DNA of 63,515 nt, counting the filler, from Perkinsus chesapeaki ATCC PRA-425 (Eukaryota > Protista > Perkinsozoa), in assembly GCA_013115145.1 (NCBI GenBank). It is 6 parts of 6 records of this genome, joined end to end, with 100 filler letters (N's around TTAATTAATTAA, not from the genome) between each part and the next. Parts side by side here need not be neighbours in the genome. Positions count along the whole stretch, not along the records: positions 1 to 30,725 come from JAAPAO010000433.1; positions 30,826 to 40,689 come from JAAPAO010000925.1; 4 more parts are not named here. One strand, 5' to 3'. Position numbers and translations under genes: made by a program. The notes under the pieces were generated by a model. The model saw nothing but the letters and a program-made list of their open reading frames with translations. It was not told the origin of the DNA and ran no database searches. This document shows positions 22,837 through 33,336 of this stretch, in pieces; the first letter of the stretch is position 1, and the number at the start of each line of letters is the position of its first letter.

Positions 22837-24416
22837 CTAGAAGGTAAGAGGACCCGCTTTAAATAGTGGCCATGTCCATGTCCAATCCGTACTCCAGAAT
22901 ATGAGCCACGCCCATACCTTCAGGTTGAAGAAAGCCTCGAACTTCCAAGTGTTTATCTTGTTGTTCACGGTGTTGCCAACAATACTAACCCCCATATCAG
23001 CACCAACAACTATGAAACCCACAGAGAGTTCAAGATAAGCAGTAGCAGTTACATCGTTATGGGGTGCACCCTTAACTTTGAACCCTGCTTTGAGTGTTAT
23101 ACTTATAGTCGGGAGGACTGGAACCTGTATATTAAAGGAGACCGAGACGGCAGCTTCACCGCTATAAGTGCGCTTGTCTGGTTGAAGAAGGCTTTTACCA
23201 GAACCACTTCCGAAGATGCAAACTGCGATGTTCAAGTTTGCGAAGGAAACACCCAATTCCCAAACCACGGCACAGCTGGCTGCATCGAATGCAAAATTGG
23301 CAACAGAGCCTTCGCTTGAATAATAGACAGAGATATTGAGGTGTGCGTGTTTCTGCCTTTGGTTCACATCTTGAAATCCCATGAAGAAGTCCAGTGCCAG
23401 CGACGTGTCGTTAGCATAGTAGTTTAAATAAAGACAATAGGGAGATTTGCCCATAATAAAACTAGTTGTACATGCTTCTGGTAGCTCAAATTTGGTCCTG
23501 CCGTTCACTGAATGAAAGGCCTTGGCATGGAAGAACTTATAGCTAGCCGTTCCAGGCAGAATCCGGAAGTAGTCGATCCTGCGAGAAGTGCCGTTAGATC
23601 CACGAAGTTGATTCTGAGGAATTCAATCTGGGCGCTTCGCATCCCTGAAGAGCTCGCGAGTTATCTCTCCCGTGACTTCGGAATCGACGAGGATGCCTTC
23701 TGTCACCGGGTCTCTTCTCGGAGTATTTTCAGAGTGCTTCTTAATATCATAGGTCGAATACACCAGTTGAAACATACCATGCACGGTCATGTTTTCAGGT
23801 AGCTCCTCCCAATGAGTAACATTCGTCTCTTGAAACACTTTATCATTAAATAAAGTGTTCGTAGCCAACAACTTTACAATTCTGTTGTCGTTCACATCGG
23901 TATACAGAGTCCAGGAGTTTGGTATGAGTCCGGTCATGGCCAGGGCAGTGTAGTTCATGCCAGTCTGCGGGTCGGTACCATTAAGCTTAGCGATAACCCT
24001 CTTGTGTACCACCTGTTGAAGCCCTGGACTGGCATCTGCCTCTGCGAGGAGTTGAGGAAGATATGAAAAGACGTTCTATTGAAGAGCTCGATCATGCGAG
24101 AATCATTACCTGTCTGAACCATAACGGTGTACTCATATGGGCGGGCGGGTGAGGCTTCAACTGTCAATTCACTCTCTTTAGTGACAAATACGTCTTGACG
24201 GGTAGTCAACGACTTGCCATCGTCCATTCCAGGAAGTACCAGACCCATAGTCTCCATAGCGTTGGATATATGACAACTAACAGGTTTCCCATCATGACCG
24301 ACCAAGTCGAGGTTACAGTAGCGGGTGACCGTAGTCTGCATGCGGACGTTACCCATCTTGAATGCAGATCCGCCGAAATTGCAGAGTAACACGTTGAACA
24401 GGATTGTAGATAACAT
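22837..24416 (-). pseudogene. Signal-peptide protein of about 503 aa, lineage-specific family, with one in-frame TGA
   Basis: ATG 24416 (MLSTILFNVLLCNFGGSA), GT-AG intron 24042-24109, then one frame to stop 22837 except TGA at 23623-23625. Beta-rich C-terminus ending WSTDWTWTWPLFKAGPLTF. Confidence 0.75.
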
Positions 24417-24877
24417 TACCGAATAACTTGATATACTATGAAAGTGAGACAACCTTCCGAGATAACTGGAATGTGTATATACTACCGTAGGACTTTGTGA
24501 CACAAAGTTTGCGGAAGTATTATCCCCGGCGGGACGCCGCCGGTGTCACGTCACAACGGTTCCGAGCTCCGGTGGAGCTGCTGCTGCTCTATGGTGAGCA
24601 TAGGGTTTCTATCACCCTCGGACCGAACCGCTTGGCTAACGAATTAATACCATGGATGCAGTACTTCGCCGGCTGAAGTTGAGCCAATTCATGGTGAAAT
24701 GTCGCCAACCAATGGGTAGTATCCACAATTAAAGGATCTGGTGGCTAGGACAGAACTGTTAGTGTCCGGGAGCAGACCAACTTCTTGTGCCCCCCCAAAT
24801 AGTTGTTTTGACACGGGGCTGGCTCCACTCATCTGGGAAATCGCAGCCCAAAAAACGCAGAGACTAGTAGTCTAGAT

Positions 24878-25135
24878 TGGTACACATAAAACACGTACAC
24901 TTAATGTTTGATCTCCATAAATCACGTTCACACTCAACTCGATCGCTTGACACACGTACACAGTCAGCTCGTTCGCTCCTATTCATACCATCGGCATTTC
25001 GACTACCAAAAGCACGTTTACTATTACCTCGTATCCATAAGCTCGGTACACTTACATTCAGTACACTTAAAGTTCGTACTCTTTCATCCCGTTCACCTCA
25101 ATTTCGTATACCTAAATCTCAATCCACACTTTTTT
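24878..25135 (+). repeat. Highly degenerate 15-bp tandem repeat (about 17 units), His-rich pentapeptide periodicity in one frame
   Basis: Units such as cgtacacttaatgtt, cgttcacactcaact, cgtacacagtcagct, cgttcacctcaattt, cgtatacctaaatct; translation VHTQL DRLTH VHSQL...VHLHS VHLKF VLFHP VHLNF. Confidence 0.7.
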
Positions 25136-25843
25136 CACACAAGCATATCTCGTCAGATTTTGTGACGCACGGCACGCAGCGTCGTCACGCAAAACACACA
25201 CAGCCCTCCCGTCTTCTGACAAACAACACTAGTGGTCGGGGACCACTCTTAGTTAACTGACAATCCACTGGTGAGTAAAGATTTAAACGCGTCTCCTCAC
25301 TTGTGCGGCCCAGCGGGCCGCACTCAATGGAGCGGCGCTCCATGGAGCATTGGGTTGTGTATGACAACTTGTGCTGGTACTTCATATTCCCTTGTTCACT
25401 GCTCCCATATTGCTGCTCTCCTGCTGATTCTATGACTCCCTATAGGCGTATCTCAAAAGCATGCTAACAGGTACTACAATGATCAAACACAAGCTCTAAA
25501 CGTGCCATGCTGCTTTGTGACGACCAGATTGTCTACAAATGCGCACGCATGCCCATAACAGTTACTGTTATCCCATATCTGTTATTACTGGAAATCCTAC
25601 TGTAGGATTTCCACCATGGCAGATACGCTATCTGCCCCGGGTAGACTACTCGCTCTGCGGGTAGTCTCCCAGTCCCCGGGTCTGCGGGTAGACTACCCGC
25701 ATCTGCAAACAGTGTCTAGCGAATAGGTTGCAACGAGAGCTTTGATGAGCTCTTGTTACCGATAAACTATGAGCCATAATTTACGGGGCCCGGGCCACCG
25801 ACCACCCTGCTCCTGTTAGGTTACGTATACGGTATAAACCAGC

Positions 25844-26911
25844 ATGAAGTTGAATCTATACATCGGCGTAGCTCTCTTATACCCGGCGATCGGAAAAATA
25901 CTCTATCGTGATTATAAGAAGGGCGACCGATTCTTCTATCCCCTGTGCCAGACCGTGTGCGGATACAAAGAAGGTATTCCCTGTTATGTTGCAATTGACG
26001 ACAAGATTAAGGTGAGACGTATGCAATAATTGTATAACAATTCTAAGTCTTCGTCAAAGATGAAAGATTCATCATGAATTCACATTGTACTTCAGGCGAT
26101 AGTTGGATGCATGACTATGGAAATACCTTATACATTCACCCCGGATGAAGAGAAAGCGATCAGGCGAAAAATGTCAGTAGGGAATGAGTTTGGCCATTGT
26201 TTCGCGTGGTTCTATCTCAAATTTTTACATGCAATCGCTTCGTTGTCATCAGTTTCAGTCAGGTCAAATCCTACGAAGTCTGGAGTGTTCGGCTACATTG
26301 AAACGGTAACTCAGCGCGAAGATCAGTATTAGTGATTTACTTATGTTGAAACTTGTTAAGATCATTAAGCCCTCTCGTAACTTGCTGTTCCCCCTGAATG
26401 CCTCTGAATAAGTCGGTGTACGTTCTTATGATATAGTTAGGCTATATGATATAGTTTGGATCATAAGGAATCCCTACTAACGATGCTGCACGATGATGCG
26501 CATTTCATGTTATTGAGTTGTTAGGTTGATGTTGCCGGTACATACAGAAGACAAGGTATCGCATTACAACTCCTGCAACACTCTATTCAACAGGCAAGGG
26601 TGTTCGTATTCGAGTTTTCGGCTCCAAAAAAGGGTCTCCTCTGCAAACTCGGAGAACGGGATTTCGCAGTTTTGGTTGGTTCTTGTAGATATGACTTTCA
26701 GGGTCGGACCACCCTTGCTATGGTAGCTAATGTTAACAAAAAGAGCGAGGGTGCAGTCGCGCTATACGAGGAGCTCAAGTTCACCGGGGTCATGCGTAAG
26801 ATAGGAGTTAAAGGCTTGAACCTCTAGGCCTCGGTTAACCGATCTTGAAACTTTATGACTTCATGTACTTCAGAGGACGAAGACTACTACACGATGGCCT
26901 ATTACTATTGA
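25844..26911 (+). CDS. GNAT-family N-acetyltransferase with a predicted N-terminal signal peptide
   Basis: MKLNLYIGVALLYPAIG-KILYRDY; motif A VDVAGTYRRQGIALQLLQHS; motif B NVNKKSEGAVALYEELKF; last exon QDEDYYTMAYYY* (TGA 26909-26911). Some internal splice sites ambiguous. Confidence 0.75.
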
Positions 26912-27949
26912 AACAGAAGATATCGTTGAGACCTACTACTTCGTCATTCTCAAACATTTGATAAGGATGTCAGAATCTTTGTTCAATGTCGCAGGCTTTC
27001 TATTCGTCGTAGCTGTGAGCCTAAAGCTCGCAGCTTCTGGAGCTGAGCTTCACATGAAGTCCCCATTTCGGTACTTCCGGTTTACGACCGTGCAGCTCGC
27101 GTCGCGAGCCTCGCGGGTTGAGGACGGTTAACGCACATATTTCATATCTTTTACGATCCGAGATACCGTTATTTACCTGCGTAATATCTTTGCCGTGTTT
27201 TGCGCTGAAGTTCGGTTGATTGATCATCGCGACTAAGAGTCTGATGTGCCAAGAGATTCAGAAAAAGGGCCTTTAGCCTTTTCAAAAGGCTTGTATCGTC
27301 TTCGATGCTCAGTCACTGTAGCGGGTGACCCGCTGCGGGTCTCGGACTGAGACCTGACCGCCCACCGATGCTGAGAGTCTCAGCGTACCACGCTCAGCTG
27401 CGCAAAGAAAGTTATGCACCAGTTTTTATACGCGTGAAAAAGCTGAGATGTGGGAGTACCTGATAGGTACTATACAGCCGGATCATAAGTTCAGAAGAGT
27501 CCAGGCTTACCGTACTCGGCGATGCCTCATTTTTAATGTTTTATCGCATGCATACTGTATGCATGTATCTACTGTATGCAGCATACAGTAGATAGCTCCC
27601 TGGTCTAGACGTGTATCATCTGCTACGATATACGTCACTGCCATAGATATCACCTGCTGCGGTAAGGAATATCTCGAAAATGGAGGTGAATTCCCGAATC
27701 ATTTGAGTATTGAAAACAGCTTGCTTCAAAAAGAGCTTGCTACTAATTTCAAGTGGGCGCTAATATAAAAGGTTATGTCGCCGGGCGACAGTCGCCCTTA
27801 CTTCAGTACCTAACCTGAGCATTTTGAAGATGCTCAGGTATCTTAGACCTGAAAGGCCTTGCCGCACGGCGCATCATGTAAAAAATTTACAGTAAATTAC
27901 GTATGGGATTTCCGAAACGAAATGTCCCATTTGCCGAATCTAATCAGCC

Positions 27950-28700
27950 CAGCAAGGATACCATGCGGTGTTATTATAACTGAAATCGCCGATTTCAAAT
28001 CGGTGTTTGAAAGTGGTATCGAATTGCGAGGAAACTTTCCACAAGAAGGTTTTCGGAAAAAGACAATAGGGAGATGTGCTTGTAATGAAATTAGTACTAC
28101 ATGGTATTATTATAGATCTTAATCTGTATTATTTATATCATTGATATTAGTTTATCCCCTGCCCTTTATATTATAAATTTATATACCTATGGCAGGGGTT
28201 ATTAATCTTATTAATAGGTATAATCATATATAATAGATATCTAATGTTAATGCCATACAATGACTAATATTGATACCTAATACTATATATAATTATCATA
28301 TTGATATATATAACATAATATTACTAATAATTTATCATATAAACTTACTGGTAGCTCAAATTTGGTCCTGCCGTTCACTGAATGAAGGGCCTTGGCATGA
28401 AATAACTTATAGCTAGCCGTTCCAGGCAGAATTTTGTAGTAGTCGATCCTGCGAGGAGTGCCGCTAGATCTGCGAAGTTGATCCTGAGGAATCCAATCAG
28501 GGCGCTTCGCATCCCTGAAGAACTATGAGAGTTATCTCTCCTCAGGAGGGTCTCCTGTGACTTCGGAATCGATCAGGATGCCTTCTGTCACCGAGTCTCT
28601 TCTCGGAATATTTGCCGAGTGCTTCTTAATATCATAGGTCGAATACACCAGTTGAAACATGCCATGCACGGTCATGTTTTCAGGTAGTTCCTCCCAATGA
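27950..28700 (-). pseudogene. Disrupted partial paralog of the 22837-24416 secreted gene
   Basis: HWEELPENMTVHGMFQLVYSTYDIKKH...RDAKRPDWIPQDQLR...HSVNGRTKFELP is near-identical to the first copy; it has a 14-nt insertion, stops, an AT-rich intron-like block (about 28120-28349) and then PCSTNFITSTSPYCL. Confidence 0.75.
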
Positions 28701-29141
28701 TTCATTGGGCCGATCTCGTTGAACGCCGAAGTATAAAGGAAGAAATGCGGTAAAGCGGCGAAATACACGGGAATGACGTGGTGCTTTAAGACAAGGGAAT
28801 TCTTGATATCACGAGTGTTGTAGAGCCTCAATTCGCTTGAAGTGCGATGATTCGTCGCCGATGAGCAAATACCTCGCAATTGATCCGGTGCCCACCAGAG
28901 TCTGAGTTAAACTCATCGCCATCATAAGACCAAGAAAGTACTGACTAGGTGAAACTACAATAACCACTCTGTCGAGGCGTCCCGTTATAGCCCATTTAAT
29001 AAAGGCGATGAACAGCAGAAGGAGCGAAAGCGCATGTGTGCGCTCAGACGCATCGCGACTTCATGGCGTTCGAGAAGAAAAAGGATTGATGGAAACTGAC
29101 CTCAAGTTGAGGTCCTCAACAGGATTGCTGTATATAGCCAC

Positions 29142-30725
29142 CTAATATGAACCTGAGGGCAACGCCAATACTCAGTTCAATTGTTAAAATTAGATTACCT
29201 TTACGGCACGCATGTGGTGACGTTGAGTCCGAGAATTGTATCCTGAAGGCCACATAATACATCATATTACAGAAGCCTGAGATTTGCCAAGATGCTTGAT
29301 GTTAGGTCTTATCAGCATCTGTGATGGAATATAGTATTCTTACCAGGTCCTTGTGTAGCTTTGGGATCTCTAATAATCCTAGCATATCCACCTTCCGCCC
29401 ACTCAGGGCCCCAGCTATTTCTTATAACCCAGTAACTATCGGATAGTAACGAAATTTAGGATGGGCGATAGACTTGCCTTTTCCCTTTCTCTACCCCATA
29501 ACCGACAAGAAGAACGATGTGGTCTGGCTCACTTTGGCAAGGGAAGGCTGACATTGATCCTCGACGTCATCAAAATCAGCTGCTCACATTCAAGAATCCC
29601 TCCCTTGTATGCTTGCCACTCCGGCCCGCTAACATCAACAATAATGACTATGGGACCCTTTTGAAGTTGCACGAAAAGACTTTTGAGATCTTTTCTTGAG
29701 ATCTTAACGACACTGTCTCCTCGTAGGTCTTCAGGCTGAAAGAGTCACACGACATGAGAACCGTCGTTATTGGAGAGCTGGTCTCACCGTCAAGTATTGC
29801 TTGGTCTTATCAGATACGACGTCATTCTTGCACTGTTGATCTTTGTCTTCATAAGGATAGTCTTCATCGGAAACTATGCCATGCGAGATTACGTAGCTCA
29901 GGGTTAAATCTCGATAGCCTCCCGCGCAACCTTTAAAACAAAAACCTTATCGACAAATATTTCTTGGTAGAGGCGCTCACAAGTTGCCTGCTTCCCGTGA
30001 ACAGTCAACTATCTGCTGTACCGATAGTTTGGGTAGGGCACCAGTTTTAGCCCAGCACGCTGCTTCCAAAGCACCTGGAGGATAAGACATCCGATGGATA
30101 TCACCCAAGTAGGCTATCAAGTGGAAATGGATAACCTCAAAGTTAGCCAGTTCTTACCTAATGCCCCTATTGCGTAGCAGCTATCACATAAACCCTGATG
30201 AATTGGGCTGTTAACGGCACCTTTTTCAACCCAGCTGAGGTCTGATGGGAAGTCCTCCAGCGAGTCATTCTTCATGCAATGTTCGTTCCCTTGCGGGGTG
30301 TCTACTAAATAAGACGACTTGTGGACTTCAGAATAATGCTTGGCAGACCAGAATGCACTGGAAACGGATCTGGTGAAGCCATCTTCTCTCTGGCGAACTC
30401 TTCTTGGGTCATGGCGGCGAACTCGTTAACCTCCAATGTATACGATGAATCTAAAGATCTCACGTTGCAATAAAGTTTTGACGTTGCATCAACCAGGCAT
30501 TGCATGATGGAAATGAGATTGTCATCGCTACCGAAACGGATGAGGCACCGAATTCTACTGTTCAGCGTAACCGTAGTCGTATCACTCGAATATGTGAGAA
30601 GTATGAAGGAACATTAACATCGCTGACATGTATCACCTTGGGTGATTCACCTACTTCTTCTATTAGTTTCCTCTATAAACATCACATTCTTCCTGAATAC
30701 TTCGAGGCGATATGCGTCCTCAGCC
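29142..30725 (-). CDS. Cathepsin L-like papain-family (C1A) cysteine protease, 5' end cut off by the linker
   Basis: I29 propeptide ([33 protein letters not shown]); mature [22 protein letters not shown] (Cys), [22 protein letters not shown] (His), YWVIRNSWG (Asn). Exact stop approximate. Confidence 0.92.
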
Positions 30726-30825
30726 NNNNNNNNNNNNNNNNNNNNNNNNNNNNNNNNNNNNNNNNNNNNTTAATTAATTAANNNNNNNNNNNNNNNNNNN
30801 NNNNNNNNNNNNNNNNNNNNNNNNN
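30726..30825. other. Artificial contig linker (44 N + TTAATTAATTAA + 44 N)
   Basis: Identical all-six-frame-stop spacer; composition changes abruptly across it. Confidence 0.95.
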
Positions 30826-30897
30826 GTTGTTATTGTTGTTATTGTTGTTATTGTTGTTATTGTTGTTATTGTTGTTATTGTTGTTATTGTTGTTATT
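30826..30897 (+). repeat. (GTTGTTATT)n microsatellite at contig start
   Basis: Direct 9-bp repeat; source of the spurious poly-Leu ORF. Confidence 0.9.
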
Positions 30898-33089
30898 GAA
30901 GGTTAATCATTACTTATTATTATCCATAAATATTCTATTGAGTAACATATTATTGGATATTACTAATGATAAACAACAAGAAGAACAAGAACATGTAACG
31001 ACTATTAAAGATGGTGAAATGCTGAATAACCATCAGCAGCAGCAGGTATTACGCAGTTATAATATATCATCATCATTAACAAGACTTATTAATGATATTT
31101 TATATTTATTAATAAAATTAATGAACCAACTAGAAGAAAAAGAAGAAGATCAGAGAAGAGAAGGACATCAGCAGGAATGCTGTTATCATAATATTAATGT
31201 TATTAAAAAGGATGTAATGATGATGATGATGATATAAATTTATTATTATTATTGTTAGATAGTTAAATGTATGGGCATGTTACTATTAATTGATACACCA
31301 TATATGTATGCATCTCCATCATGTAGTAGTATATATGATATAATATTTAAAAGAATAGGCGGAACATCATCATTTAATAATAACAATATTAATATACTTA
31401 CCATAATAATATCATCTATCCAATATGCAATATCATTATATAAACATTATGATAGTAATGCTAAAGCCACAGCAGCAGCAGCCACAGCAGTAGCAGCAGC
31501 AGTAGAAGGAGTAGGAGGAGAAGGTATTGATTGTTATTATGATTATAACAATGGAGATTATAATATTATTGATGATATAATAATGGATAGAATAATAGTA
31601 AAAAATAGAGTTGAAGAAGATGATGATAATATAATAGATAGAGGGAATAGAGGTTTAAAGTTAAACGGAATAAAAATAGATAATATTAGAACAATAATAA
31701 AGCAATTAATAAAAGATATAATTGAACAAGAACAAGAAGCAGCATTGGTAATAATAATAATATAGACACAATTTAACATAATAATATAATGGATTGATGA
31801 TGATGTTGTTGTTGTTGATGATGATATTATTTATATAGTATATATTTGTATTATGATTTTTATTGTAGATAGTAAATAATAATGGTGATGATGATGATTA
31901 TTATTATTGTAATTTACATGAACTAATATTAAACACGATAACTATGTTACTAGAATATTATAATGATGATGGTGGTTATAATATAAAGATAAATAAAAAT
32001 ATATCAATAAAGAGAAGAATGAGAAGGATACCGATATTATTGGATAATAACAATGATGATATAAGAATGGTTATACTACTACTAACTATTTTATATTTTG
32101 TATAGCAGTAATAGTATTATTGTTAGATACTGGATGAAATTAATAATAAAAGCGATATAAATAAATCATTAATAAAAGAGGTTGATTTAGGGCCATTTAA
32201 ACATAGAAAGGATGAAGGTTTATCTTTACGTAAAGTAATAATAATAACAACAATATATGATAATAATAATAATACCATTATTATTATTAGAGAGAAGAGC
32301 AGCAGTTAATAATATTTAGTTATTATTCAGGCGGCTTATACTTGTTTCAAAGTATTATTGTTAAATATATCTTCGTCATCATCATCATTATCATCATTTG
32401 ATAATATTATTAGTAATATATTAATAAAAGGATTAGATGATGATGTAATAATAATAAATAACAATTATTATTATTATAATGTCCATGATTACAGAGTGAT
32501 GATATTAAAATGATATGTTGTAATACTATCATATCATCAATGTTATCAAGTAAAGGGAATGAAGGAGGTAGTAGTAATAACAACAACACGAGCAACAGCC
32601 AGCAGCAGCAGCATCAGCATCTGATGGGGATAAGCTATTATGAATTAATAATTATTAATAATATAAAGGATATTATACAGGTAATGGATAAATCAATCAA
32701 TAAGGTAATAATAGAATTATTATTACAACTAGTAGTAGTAGAATTGTATATTGTTAGTTACTTAAACAAATAGAACAAGAATATAAGAAAAGTAATATAT
32801 AATAGATTAATAGTAGTGAGTATATAATAGAGTCAGATAATAATAATAAAGGGGTGGTAGGTGGTAGTGGTGGTGGTGGTGGAATAAATAATGATACATT
32901 AAGATGTTACAAAATGGTAATTGAAAGATTAATAATATTAATAGTAAAATATACAAACATGAACGGGATGAATGATGATATTATTATATTTAATGATATT
33001 GTAATAATAATAATAATATATATTAATATTTAATAACTAAACAGGTAAAACGATTAAGTGATGATCCATATTGGATTAAAGCATCCTAA
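30826..33089 (+). CDS. CAND1: CAND1/TIP120-like protein, C-terminal part (5' truncated)
   Basis: LIKEVDLGPFKHRKDEGLSLRK|AAYTCFKVLL (about 32168-32360) matches the CAND1 signature xREVxMGPFKHxVDDGLxxRKAAFECxYTLL; last exon VKRLSDDPYWIKAS*. Exons are low-complexity and AT-rich. Confidence 0.75.
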
Positions 33090-33336
33090 TAATAATATGA
33101 ATAAGTATGATAGATATAATGATAATACTACTACTACTGCTGCCTATTACTTCTATTATCATTATTATCATTATTATCATCTTTATATAGTCAGCACCTG
33201 CCATCATCATCATATTGGATATTATTATTATTAGTAACATATAAGTTTCATGATTATTATTGTTCATCATTATTGTTGTTATATTGTAATTAATATTAAT
33301 AATTATATTTCAAGTTGATTGTATTATTTTTACTTC

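Noticed and set aside
30770-30781. TTAATTAATTAA palindrome, five copies
   Set aside because: Always centred in 44 N + 44 N; an all-frame-stop assembly spacer, so adjacency across it has no biological meaning.
30827-31237. Poly-Leu ORF start resembling a signal anchor
   Set aside because: Translation of a GTTGTTATT microsatellite at a contig edge.
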